A stretch of 64,000 bases of DNA from Chiloscyllium plagiosum (Eukaryota): positions 21,985,385-22,049,384 of the forward strand of contig NC_057719.1 of NCBI RefSeq assembly GCF_004010195.1, written 5' to 3'. Positions 9,685 through 21,895 of this stretch are shown here, one piece after another; positions within the stretch are counted from its first letter, which is position 1, and every line of letters begins with the position of its first letter. The notes beneath the pieces were generated by a model. That model was not told where the DNA came from. It saw only the letters and a list, made by a program, of their open reading frames with translations, and searched no databases. The position numbers were made by a program, and so were the translations under genes.

Positions 9685-11466
9685 AGTGTGGTGCTGGAAA
9701 AGCTCAGCAGATCGAGCAGCATCTGAGGAGCAGGAGAATCGATATTTTGGGCATAAGCCCTTCATCAGGAATGTGGGGGAGGGGTGGGGGGGGGGTGGGG
9801 GGAGGAGGAGGCTGAGNNNNNNNNNNNNNNNNNNNNNNNNNNNNNNNNNNNNNNNNNNNNNNNNNNNNNNNNNNNNNNNNNNNNNNNNNNNNNNNNNNNN
9901 NNNNNNNNNNNNNNNNNNNNNNNNNNNNNNNNNNNNNNNNNNNNNNNNNNNNNNNNNNNNNNNNNNNNNNNNNNNNNNNNNNNNNNNNNNNNNNNNNNNN
10001 NNNNNNNNNNNNNNNNNNNNNNNNNNNNNNNNNNNNNNNNNNNNNNNNNNNNNNNNNNNNNNNNNNNNNNNNNNNNNNNNNNNNNNNNNNNNNNNNNNNN
10101 NNNNNNNNNNNNNNNNNNNNNNNNNNNNNNNNNNNNNNNNNNNNNNNNNNNNNNNNNNNNNNNNNNNNNNNNNNNNNNNNNNNNNNNNNNNNNNNNNNNN
10201 NNNNNNNNNNNNNNNNNNNNNNNNNNNNNNNNNNNNNNNNNNNNNNNNNNNNNNNNNNNNNNNNNNNNNNNNNNNNNNNNNNNNNNNNNNNNNNNNNNNN
10301 NNNNNNNNNNNNNNNNNNNNNNNNNNNNNNNNAATAGTGGAAGATGATGCGCTGTATCTGGAGATTGGTGGGGTGCACTGTCAGGACTGGGGAGATTCTA
10401 TCCTTGTTGTGGATGGAGGGGTGGGGTTCAAGAATGGGAAGTGGAGGAGATGGGCTGGAGGGCATCAGTGACCACATAGGAGGAGAAATTGTGGTCCTTG
10501 AAATAGGAGGCCATCTGGGATGTTTTGGAGTGGAATTGCTCTTCTTGGGACCAGATACGGTGGAGGCAGAGGATTTGGGAGTGAGGGATAGTGTTTTTAC
10601 AGGAGGGGTGTTGGGAGGAATTGTAGTCCAGGTAGCTATGGAAGTTAGTGGGTTTGATGTAGATGTCTGTGTTGTGTCAGTTGTCAGAAATGGAGACGGA
10701 GAGGTCCAGGAAGGGGAGAGAGGTGTCTGAGGTGGTCCAGGTGAATGTGAGGTCAGGGTGGAAGGTGTTTGTGAAGTTGATGACCTGTTCAACCTCCTCG
10801 TGGGAGCATGAGGTGGCGCTGATACAGTCATCGATGTTGGGAAGGAAAAGGTGGGGAATGGTCCCAGTGTAACTGCAGAAGATGGACTATTCCACATGTT
10901 TGAAAAAGAGGCAGGGAGAGCTGGGGCCCATGTGAGTGCCTATGGCTACCCCTTTGGTCTGAAGAAAGTTGGAGGATTTGAAGGAGAAGTTGTTGAGGGT
11001 GAGGACTAGTTCACCTAACCAAATGAGTGTGTTTATGGAAGGATACTGGTTGGGTTGGCAGGAGAGGAAAAACAGAGAGCTTGGAGGCCTTCACCATGGC
11101 AGGTGGATGTATACAGGGACTGGATGTCCATGGTGAAGATGAGGTGTTGGGTGCTGGGAAAACAAAAGTAATGGGGGAGGTGGAGGCCATGGGTGGTGTC
11201 CTGAATGTATGTGGGGAGTTCCTGGACCTGGGGGCATAGGATGATGTCAAGATATGAGGAGATAAGTTTGGGGGGCAGGAGCAGGTGGAGGAGATGGGTA
11301 AACTGGAGCAGTCAGGTTTGTGAATTTTGGGTAAGAGGTAGTACTGGGCGGTAGGGGGGGGTTTAGAGACTATGAGGGTTAGAGATTGTAGCTGGGAGAT
11401 CCCCTGAGGTGATGAGGTTGTGAATGGTCTGGGAGATGATGGTTTGGTGATGGGAGGTGAGGTCAT
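9685..11466 (-). mobile_element. Penelope-like element, 5'-truncated, spanning a gap
   Basis: Terminal repeat with hammerhead motif at 9685-9772. Minus frames give YYLLPKIHKPD and RT motifs homologous to the 62265 ORF, with frameshifts. Confidence 0.85.
9817..10332. other. Assembly gap
   Basis: Run of N. Confidence 1.
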
Positions 11467-11479
11467 CATCTGCAGTCTA

Positions 11480-12193
11480 GTGACCCATTATCAATGACAA
11501 AAGCCTTTTGCCAGCTAACAACTATGTGATTAGTTCTCAGGTAATTGAACAGCTCGAGACTGAGAACACAAAAGGGTGAAATATTTTGATTTCCACCAGC
11601 ACAGGAGCTGTTGCTCTCTTTTGTACAGTCAAAACACATTTTAAACCCGAAGAAAACCAGTTTATCTTTCCTTCAGCAGCTATTGTAAGGTGTGACTTCT
11701 AATCAATAGGTCAGAGACCATTTATAAATGAACTAGTCACCTTGTGTCTCTTGCAAACCAATGTAACTATCCAAAGAAGGATGGACTGAAAAGCAATGAT
11801 CTGACCAATATAAGAATCATAAAGATCATCTCAGCAACTCCTGGAACAGAACTCGTGAGCTGCCTTCTAGTTTTTCTTTACCCATACCCTATATTCTTCC
11901 TGTTTGTCTGTCTGAATGTATGTGTGTATGTGTCAGGGAGGGGGTGTTTATAGAGAGATCAGAGATTTAATTTGTATTGTTTTATGCCAATGGTTTAAAT
12001 TTGTTTACCTGCTGCTGCAGTCTAAGTACCTGAATTGTAAAGCAATTCTTGTTAAGCACAGACATCTTATTAAACTGTCTGAAAATCAAGTAAATTTTGG
12101 AATCTTGGGTACTCATTTTAAAATCTTTTAAAATCTTTTAAATCCAGGAGTAGTGTTCTTGATTTCCAGCGTGCTACCCCAATGAGTTGTAAC
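11480..12193 (+). mobile_element. Possible LTR remnant
   Basis: Non-coding segment ending ...gttgtaaca like Gypsy LTR 3' ends. No 5' end or TSD found. Confidence 0.2.
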
Positions 12194-13529
12194 AAGTTCA
12201 AATATAGGTTTTTCTTCAACTTTAATTTCTGACTCAGCTCTGGTGGAAGGTCTCTAACTGAACCTTGTCTTTTCTTTACACATAATGATTAGCCTACTGC
12301 ATGCATTCGACATTGGTTTATTTTCATCTCAGACAGCTGCCTTTTCAAGATTGTGTCCTCGTCTATTTAAAATGTGGGGCCGGGTGGTGGATGCATCGAT
12401 TCCATATTGTCAAAGTGGTTCACACACAAAGGGGAAATTTCCAAAATAACATCGAGTAAATGATGCTCCTGAAGAAGATAATTTTCAGGGAGGGCGAAGG
12501 GAAAATCGTTTCACTGCCGTGTGCCAGACAAACTGGAATCCTTTCATGCATCAGAGAAGTTTTTTAGTGAAGTTTATGTAATGTTGAAATCGCACAGGCA
12601 GAAGTTATAATTCTGTTCCTTGTGTCGAAAGAAGTGATAAATTGTCCTCATTTGCAATCAACAATACAAACACAATCTGGTACTGTCTGCCCTGCCATCT
12701 GATAAATATGCTTGGAGATACATCCACCCAGTTAGTCACATTCAGTAAATAGCAGAAACATGCATTTCAATCTGTTCCTTCAAAACAGCTATTCAAAATC
12801 CACCCGACCATCCTGCAAGAGCTGACAGAGGCAACAACAGCAGCAATAGGACTTTACGTCCATTTGGGTAACAGGATGTCTTCGAAAAAAGGTCAAGCCA
12901 CAGGTATGGTGACACCTTTTAGTTGTAAAATTACACTGAGCCATTTTTATGGAGTATCTGCCATTAACACTTGCCGTTTTAGACATTGAAGTGTTGACTG
13001 CCCAAGGGTACATTCAATGAAATGAGATATATTTGCAATGCCCTCAGCTAATCAAAACTAATTAAAAACAAAATTCAAACTGTGATTATTGCTAACATTA
13101 TAAAAAGATTAACAATATGAATTTTCCCTTGGTGCAGATTTGATTTTCTATTCAAATAAAGCTCATTACAAATCAATTTGTATGTTTCATGGTATGTTAA
13201 TGCAGTTTGCTGAGGTTCTTAAAAGATGACAGTGGTAACTAGATAAAAAGGGAAGGATTTTAGCAAATGCTGTCAGCTCAAAGCTGGGAACTAGACTATT
13301 AGTGAAAGAAGCATGGCTGTCCCTGTTTTAACTCATTAAAGACATGACCATCCCTCTTCCAGTTTTCCCTAACAATCAGAAATGTTGACATGACGATGCC
13401 CCACACCTATCAGGGAAAGGATCCTTATTTAAAGAGAGCTCAGCAGATGTCAGGTCTCTCACTAAGCAGCATTACAATGGATGCACAATGTTGGAAGGCT
13501 GTCACCATCTTCCTCCAATACACTAGCTC

Positions 13530-13735
13530 CACACTCCATCTCAACCTCTCATGCTTCCCTTTAGGCCATGCTGCAAGCTGTAACAGCCTGATACAGAACA
13601 GACTTCCTTTTGGCTGGGATGAAAAGGCCAGCCTCAAAACCAAACAGACGTGGCTGGAAGTGGCTGATGGGAGTGTCGTCCCTCACAGCTGTGTTACAAG
13701 AGGCTCAATGATTTCATCAGGGCAGGAAATCAGGC
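13530..13735 (+). pseudogene. PIF/Harbinger Myb/SANT-like gene relic
   Basis: KTKQTWLEVA then, after a frameshift, CYKRLNDFIRAG. This resembles the W.EVA...QCRKR.NDL signature of Harbinger Myb/SANT proteins. Confidence 0.6.
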
Positions 13736-14179
13736 ACGTTCTACTTTTGTCAAACACCACATTTTAGCTTCCTCAGCCTTAGCCTGCATGGCAATGCTCA
13801 AATTAATGAACATTCCAGCTCCACACATTCTTCTCTCTCTTGAGTCAACTCTTTACATTGCCATCTGATACTCCCATCAATCCTCACCCTCTTGTCATCA
13901 CACATCAATCCTTCACAGTCACCCTCCACGAATACTGTCACTCCATTGATAATCTGATGAGCAGTTTGAATGAGCACATGAATGGATGGTTAGCATGAAT
14001 ATTGTTCTGTTCCTTCCTGCGTCTTGCACATCTACTTGTAGATATAATCTCCTTCACCTCCTGTGCCATGTCCTCCTTGACTTTTAATACAGCACACAGT
14101 GATAGCCTTTGAGACTTTGGCAGGACTGCATTGTAAGGTCCTCCAGTCCCCCTAATTCCCCTTAGATCAACCCCGGTTC

Positions 14180-14875
14180 ATTGAGTAAGAGGGGATATTA
14201 GGAGCAACAGCAGACAGACCTAAAAAATGAGGTAAACCTGGTGAAAATTCAAATGAAGAACTACTTGATGTCAAACAATGGGACAGTATGCAACAGCTAG
14301 AGTTTAGTGATCCCACAACCATCAAATCAGGCCTATTCCTTCCAGTCCTGCATGAATGGTGGTGCACAATTAAACAGCTCACTGGAGGATGCTGCTTCTT
14401 TAATATCCCCATCATTAATGATTGGATAATGAAGAATTTGCAATCATCTTCAGCTGGAAATTCTGAGTGGATGATCCATCTTGGCCCACCTTGAGGTCAA
14501 TTGACATTTGCATATCAATAAATGGCTGTTGGTGAAGTGAAGGCAATAGGCCCTGACAGCGTTCTGTCAGTAGTACTGAAGATCGTGGCAATTAAGTCAC
14601 ATCTTAACTTCCAATGCCTGTCCACCAAAGCACAAGTGATGGAATATTCACCACTTGCCGAGATGGGTGCAATTGTATTAATACTCAGAAGGTTGAAACC
14701 AGCCCACTTCATTGGCAACCCGTCCCTCACTTATAAATAGTCAGTTTCCTCACCAACAATGTACAATAACAACAACATGTATTAGGTACAGGATGCACTG
14801 CAATAACTCATCCAGGACTCTTCAACAGCACCTTCCAAACTTACGGCCTCTACTACCTAGGAGGACAAACACAGG
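14180..14875 (+). mobile_element. CR1/Zenon-like LINE fragments (tail continues at 17630-17830)
   Basis: KAIGPD.V..VVLK and KAQVMEYSPLA.MGA motifs. The 3' part resumes after the CR1 insertion. Confidence 0.65.
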
Positions 14876-14879
14876 AAAT

Positions 14880-17625
14880 CATAGACAATCACAGTTTTCT
14901 ACAGATCCCCCAATACCAACAGAGACACAGAGGAGCAAATTGGGATGCAAATTTTGGAAAGGTGCAGAAGTAACAGGGTTGTTCTCATGGGTGACTTCAA
15001 TTTCCCTAATATTGATTGGAACCTCCTTGGTGCACATTGTTTGGATAGTGCAGAGTTTGTCAGGTGTGTCCAGGAAGGCAAGTAGAGAGGAGGCAATATT
15101 GGATTTGATGCTTGGCAACGGAGCAGGCCAGGTGTCAGATCTCTTGGTGGGAGATTTCAGGTGATAGTGATCACAACTCCCTGACCTTTACTTTACACAT
15201 GGAGATGAATGCGAGCAGAGTATGGGCAAGTTTTTAATTGGGGGAGCGGGAATTACAATGCTATTAGGCAGAAACTGTGGAGCATAAATTAAGAACAGAT
15301 GTTCTCAGGGAAATACGCAACAGAAATGTGGAGATTGTTTAAGGAGAACTTGCTGCGAGTGCTGGATTTGTCCCACTGAGGCAAGGAAAGGATGGTAGGG
15401 TGAAGGAACCTTGAATGACAAGAGATATGGAATATCTAGTCAAGAGGAAGAAGGAAGCTTACTTAAGACTAAGGAGGCAAGGAACAGAGAGGACTCTAGA
15501 TGGTTACAAGCTAGCCAGGAAGGAATTGAAGAATGAACTTAGGAGAGCTAGAAGGGGGCATGAGAAAGCTTTAGTGGGTAGGATTAATAAAACCCCAAGG
15601 TGTTCTACACTTGTAAGGGACCAGTGGATGGCCAGAGTGAGGATAGGGCTGATCAGGGATAGTGGAGGGAACTTGTGCCTGGAGTCGGAGGAGGTAGAGG
15701 AGGTCTTTACTGAATGCTTCACTTCAGTATTCACTACTGAGAGGGACCTTGTTTGTGAGGACAGCATGAAACAGACTGATATGCTCGAAGAAGTTGATGT
15801 TAAGAAGGCGTTTGTGCTGGAAATTTTGAAAAACACGAGGATACATAAGTCCTCTGGGCCAGATGAGATATATCCAAGGTATTACAGGAAGCGAGGGAAG
15901 AGATTGCTGTACCTTTGGTGATGATCTTTGCGTCCACACCTCTCACCAGAGTAGTACCAGATAATTGGAGGATGGCAAATGTTATTCCCTTGTTCAAGAA
16001 AGGGAATAGGGATAATCCTGGAAATACAGCCTAATCAATCTTGCGTCAGTGGTGTGCAAATTATTGGAAAGGATTCTGAGAGACAGGATTTATGGTTATT
16101 TCAAAAAGCATAGTTTGATGAGAGTCATAGATTCATAGAGATGAACAGCACAGAAACAGACCCTACAGTCCAACTCGTCCATACTGACCAGATATCCCAA
16201 TCTAATCTAATCCCATTTGGCCCATATCCCTCTAAACCCTTCCTATTCATATACCCAGCCAGATGCCTTTTAAATGTTGAATTTAAAGGGAAATGAATAG
16301 CTTCCACCACTTTCTCTGGTAGCTCATTCCAAACATGCACCACCCTCTGCATGAAAATGTTGCCCCTTAGGTACCTTTTACTTTTTTCCCATCTCATCCT
16401 AGGCCTATGCCGTCTAGTTCTGGACTCCTCCACCCCAAGGAAAAGATCATGTGTATTTACCCTATTCATGCCCCTCATGAATTAAAAACATCTATAAGGT
16501 CACCCCTCAGCCTCCAATGCTCCAGTGAAAACAGCCCCAGCCTGTTCAGCTTCTCCCTATGGCACAAATCCTCCAACCCTGGCAACATTCTTGTAAGTCT
16601 TTTCTGAGCTCTTTCAAGTTTCACAACATCCTTCTGATAGGAAGGACACCTGAATTGCACGCAATATTCCAAAAGTGGCCTAACCAATGTCCTGTACAGC
16701 CACAACATGGCCTTCTAACTCCTATACACAATGTTCTGACCAATGAAGGAAAGCATACCAAACGTGGATAGTGTGGAGGGCTGTTTTAGGTTACAATGGG
16801 AAGTTAACAGAATGCAGAGCTGGGCTGAGAAGTGGCAGATGGAAGTCAACCTGGAAAAGTGTGAAGTGATTCATTTTGGAAGGTCAAATTTGAATGCAGA
16901 TTACAGGGTTATAGGTAGAATTCTTGGCAGTGTGGAGAAACAGAAGGACCTTGATGTCTATGCCCATAGATCCCTCAAAGTTGCCACCCAGGTTGATAGG
17001 CTTGCTAAGAAGACATATGGTGTGTTGGCTTTCATTAGCAGGGGGATTGACTTTAAGAGCTGTGAGGTTATGCTCCAGTTCTATAAAGCCCTGGTTAGAC
17101 CACACTTGGAATATTGTGTTCAGTTCTGGTCGCCTCACTATACGAAGGATGTGGAAGCTTTATAGATGATGCAGAGGAGATTTACCAGGATACTGCCTGG
17201 ACTGGAGGGCATGTCTTATGAAGAAAGGTTGAGGGAGCTAGGACTTTTCTCCTTGGAGCGAAGAAGGGTGAGAGATGATTTTGATAGAAGTGTACAAGAT
17301 GATGAAAGGCATAGATAAAGTGGATTGTCAAAGCTTTTCCGATGACAGAAATGTCTATCATGAGGAGGTATAATTTTAAGGTGATTGGAGGAAGGTTTAG
17401 GGGAGATGTCAGAGGTCGTTTCTTTACGCAGAGACTGGTGGGTGTGTGGAATGCACTGCTAGCGATGATAGTTGAGTCAGACACATTAGGGACATTGAAG
17501 CAAGTCTTGGATAGGCACATGGAGGATAATACAATGAAGGATATATAGGTTAGTTTAATCTCATAATAGGATAAAAGGTTGGCACAACATCGAGGACCAA
17601 AGGGCCTATACTATGCTGTAAAGTA
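14880..17625 (+). mobile_element. Long CR1 LINE ORF2 relic (endonuclease end, RT, tail) with internal deletion
   Basis: [81 protein letters not shown]. Confidence 0.92.
16126..16765 (-). mobile_element. CR1 LINE 3' fragment nested antisense in CR1
   Basis: LYRTLVRPLLEYCVQF...FMQRVVHVWNELPEKVVEA plus tail. Confidence 0.9.
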
Positions 17626-17841
17626 TTCTAAATGCATAGGGCAACCAACACCTGTAAGTTTCCTTTAAGCCTTACATCATCTTGACTTGGAACTAAAACC
17701 ATCGCTTCCCTATTTCCTATCATTGTGGTTGCACCTACACACATGGACTGCAGTAATTCAGAAGAAAGCCCACCTTCACCTTCTCAAGGGCAATTAGGTA
17801 TGGGCAATAAGTGCTTCCATTGGGTGCCAATTAAGTATGGT

Positions 17842-18215
17842 TTATTGTGCTTGATGCTGCAGTGCCCTATCATGCAGAATGTGATGGTCATCCTGTTGAA
17901 AGTTCTCATCTTTCTCCTTATAAGATTGCTGCCATTCTCTGAGCTCTACTGAGTCCATCATATCCCCTGTTTGCGTGCAGTTGTGCAGGGAATGACATGC
18001 TGAGATAATGCGGCGTACTCTGTCGAGTAATGCAAGGCCCTCCGAGACTGATCCAAACATTGGGACGTCATCCTCAGAAGCCCGAAGATCTGGTCTACCT
18101 TGCCTTGATCAAATACTGGGTTGCATTATCTCTACACTCAGTCAGGGTATTGTGTAACAGAATCATCAGCCATTGGTAGTCCTTGCTATCCAGTAACCAT
18201 CCTTTTAAGGCATGA
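17842..18215 (-). pseudogene. PIF/Harbinger (HARBI1-like) DDE transposase C-terminal relic
   Basis: Across frameshifts the minus strand reads GWLLDSKDY.WLM...DQIFGLLRMTSQCLDQSRRALHY..RVRRIISACHSLHN. This resembles GWLLGD.GY...IE..IG.LK.RF.CLD.SGG.L.Y....V..I...CC.LHN. Confidence 0.7.
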
Positions 18216-18389
18216 CCAATGAGTATGAAAGACAATACACTTTGCACTGTGAATCTCAAGCTCACCACTGGTAATCAAGAGCTTCCCTGAACCCCAAGTT
18301 GCTTTCTTTCTGGGAAGATGGAAACTTGCATACTAATTAGATATTAATGAGATGTTAATACATGCTAACACATACAAATAGGCCTCTCA

Positions 18390-18850
18390 TAGCGGCAGAG
18401 TTGGACCCTCTTGCAGGAGGTCCTCTGCTACGCCCATTCATTCTCTTCTTTTTCTTTGTTAATTCCCCACTCTCCTCTCTTCTCTTGGCCTCGGATACCC
18501 AGCCTCCGAACCGGAGTCGGCGGAGATGCCAGTGGTCTGAGCGAGGATGCCAGCAGTCAGAATGGGGATGCCAGTGGTCAGAGCAGAGTGGCAACCAGCG
18601 GTCAGACCAGGTGGAGGCCCCTTGCACTGGTCTGCTCCACAGATCCTTTGGAGAGAAACTGTGGTATTTGTCTTCTTAACTTTGCATTTTGTTTTCTGAC
18701 CTATGGTCAGACTGTGTATAATGTAAGTTTCTTTTCTTCATTGTGTAACTAAGGATTGTACCTAGGTACCTTTGTAGTGCTGTAAGTGGTGACGTATGAA
18801 CTTTTCACTGTACTCATGTGAGTATAATAAAGTTCATTCAATTCATTGTT
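18390..18850 (+). mobile_element. Non-autonomous LINE-tailed (Rex1/L2-type tail) element
   Basis: GC-rich head with short internal repeats (gatgccagtggtc). Tail cttttcactgta...aataaa followed by (attc)n. Confidence 0.45.
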
Positions 18851-19906
18851 CACCAGCAAGAAATTTGTCTTGCCATTCAACACTTGGTTGGAAAATAGGA
18901 TATTTTCCTCTCCATGTTGAGAAATTCTTCACTGCCAATCTTATGAGATTAATCCGTTTTTTTTCATTAATGCCCATGTCATTCATTTTCCCAGAAGATT
19001 CTGCTCAAAATCTTGAATAAATATAACTGTAAGCTGGTCATCAATATTGATTTAATTAATGTGGATCTTGGCTTTGCAGTAGCATGGGTGGATACTTGAA
19101 ACATTCAACCTTTTTGGAATAAATGTTTAACTTGCTGCTTGGGTTAAGGAACTGGCTTAACTAAAGAAAGTACCCTCTGTTACCACCTTCAGAAATTAAC
19201 CCTATACTGCCATATGTACTATCCTAATTGTAGCTAGAAGCAACATAGAGCGTGGTACACATTGAATATAACTGCTGCCAATGCTAGTGTTCATTTATGA
19301 AAATAATTCATGAATACAATATGTGGAGGATAACAGTCCTGAATAAACTATGTTGATAAGAGAGTGTTCTATCTCTTTGGACAGCTTAGTCTCTGGACTA
19401 TCTCACCAGATGTTAAACTGCTTGGTTACATTTCTTACTTTGGAAGAAAGCATTGAGAAAACATTCTCTCAACTGAGATAACACACTTTCATCAATGTTA
19501 AAAAAAAAGTATTCACAGGTGTTTTTCCTCTGAAAAATGGCACAGTCTGTTTCTGATTAAAAAGTTTTTCTTTGCTGCAAGCTGACTTGATCATACTTTA
19601 ATGTCAAGATTTTGTAATCTGTCACTGATGCAGCATCTTAGGGAAAATTCAACATCTGCAAATACATCACTTTTGGCATAATTAAGTTCCTAGTTTTGTT
19701 CAACTGTTCCCTATTGCATCAATGTTAAATTGGGATAATAACTGATTGATATTATGGGGACTTGTGAGTACATTATAATGGAAAACCTATTCTATTGTTT
19801 TGCACTCAGTCTCCAGTCTGCTTCACTGCTGGGACACAGCAGCATCTGGGAGGATCATATTTTGGTAAAATCACCGATTTATTTTAACTGTCTTTTCTGC
19901 AACATG

Positions 19907-20085
19907 ATTTGGAGATGCCGGTGTTGGACTGGGGTGGACAAAGTTAAAAATCACACAACATCAGGTTATAGGCCAACAGGTTTAATTGGAAGCACCAGCT
20001 TTCGGAGCAACACGCAGCACTCCGAAAGCTAGTGTGCTTCCAATTAAACCTGTTGGACTATAACCTGGTGTTGTGTGATTTTTAA
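19907..20085. mobile_element. Second family-B inverted-repeat mini-element, hammerhead cores deleted at the hairpin centre
   Basis: Same arms and tail as 3593-3805 in the opposite orientation. Flanks cttttctgcaacatg (19892-19906) and cttttctgcaatatg (20086-20100). Confidence 0.85.
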
Positions 20086-20129
20086 CTTTTCTGCAATATG
20101 TATTCAACACAGCAGATAGTGAGGAAGGG

Positions 20130-20720
20130 AAATGGAATTTTGGCATTTATTGCTAAAGCAATAGATTATAACTAAACATCAGTGAGACCTCAGGTTGAAT
20201 ACTGCATACAATTTTGGTCCGCTTACTTGAGGAGGGATGTAGTTTTATTGGAGGCAGTGTAGATGAGGTTCACTAGATTAATTCCAGAGATAAGGGGCTT
20301 GTCTTATGAAGACAGACTGGGTAGTTTAAACCTAAAATCTCTAGAGTATAGAAGAATGTGAGATCTAATTGAGGTAAATAAGATGCTAAAAGGAATTGAT
20401 AAGTAAACATAGAAGGGTTGTTCCCTCGTGTAGAGTAATTTAGAATGAGAGGTCATAGTTTCTGAATGAGGGGGGCAACAGAATTAATATGGGGTTGAGC
20501 AGAAGTTATTTCCTTCAAAGAGTCACGAATCTGTGGAATTCATTACTCCAGATTATCGTGGATTTAGTGAATTTAAGGAGGAGACAGACAGGTTTTGAAT
20601 TTGCAATGGGTTGAATGGTTATGGAGAGCGGGCGAGAAAGTGGACTTGAGGCCAGGATGAGATCAGACATGATCATATGAAATGATGGAACCAGTGAGAG
20701 GGCCTGAAATGTTTTTATGT
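20130..20720 (+). mobile_element. Old CR1 LINE 3' fragment
   Basis: Degenerate VRPQVEYCIQFWS and QRVTNLWNSL motifs. Confidence 0.75.
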
Positions 20721-21072
20721 TCATTAAGTCCATGCTGGATCTCCAAAAGAACATTTGAAATAGTCCCATTGCCCCGCCCTTTCCCCATTGCTGTGAAATA
20801 TTTTTTAAATTATGCTATTATGCAGCACAGAAGATGCCCTCTGTCCATTGATTCTGCACCAACAAAAGCTACTGTTTAATCTACAGTAGCCCCACTTTTC
20901 AGTGTTTGGCCCATATTATTGAGTGTTACAACATTTAAAGTGCTCATCAGCATACTTTTAAAGTTGTGGGGCTTCCTGCCTCAATTACCCTCCCATGCAG
21001 TCCATTCCAGATTTCCATCACGCTCTGGGTGAAAATGTTAATCCACCCCTTCACCTTAAAACTTAACCTTTG

Positions 21073-21895
21073 TTAAGATCAGAGTGGTGCTGGAAAAGCA
21101 CAGCAGGTCAGGCAGCATCTAAGGAGCAGGGAAGTCGATGTTGTGGGCAAAAGCCCTTCATCAGGAATGAGGTTGGAAGCCTCAGGCGTGGAGAGATAAA
21201 TCAGAGGGTGGTGGGCTGTGGCGAAGGTAGCTGAGAGTGCAATAAGTGGATGGAGGTGTGGGTAAAGGTGATAGGTCGGGGAGGAGGGTGGAGCGGATAG
21301 GTGGGAAGGAAGATTGACAGGTGGGACAGGTCATGAGGATGGTGCTGAGCTGGAAGGTTGGAACTGGAATAAGGTGGGTGAAGGGGAAATGGGGAAATTG
21401 GTGAAGTCCATATTGATACCATGGGGTTGGAGGGGCCTGAGGCGGAAGTTGAGGCGTTCTTCCTCCAGGCATCGGGTGTCAAAGGTGTAGCGACGGAGGC
21501 GGCCCAGGACCTGCATATACACAGCAGAGTGGGAGGGGAAGTTGAAATGTTCAGCCACGGGGCAGTGGGATTGATTGGTGCGGGTGTCACAGAGATGTTC
21601 TCTGAAGTGTTCTGGGAGAAGGCGTCCAGTCTCTCCAACACAGAAGAGACAGCATCCGGAGCAACTATTACAATAAGTGACATTGGTGGATGTGCAAGTT
21701 GTGTGTTACTTACAATTTGAGTGTTGAGTCGGCCATCATTGATGGAGATGGAGAGGTCCAGGAAGGGGAGGGACGTGCCCGCAATGGTCCAGGTGAATTT
21801 AAGTTTGGGGTGGAATGTGTTGGTGAAGTTGATGAACTGTTCAACCTCCTTGTGGGAGCTTGAGGTGCCGCCAATGCAGTCATCAATGTAGCAGG
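21073..21895 (-). mobile_element. PLE 3' fragment, inverted partner of the long plus copy
   Basis: Terminal repeat with hammerhead motif at 21078-21168. Minus frames give YIDDCIG, LPFLDLSI and AEHFN...EEERLNFRL..LQPHGINMDF, with an internal deletion. Confidence 0.9.

Noticed and set aside
5908..10897. Long ORFs of 187-397 aa
   Set aside because: Their length comes from N runs.
19810..19864. 55-nt plus-strand exon candidate
   Set aside because: The donor is weak and the segment is too short to distinguish from chance.
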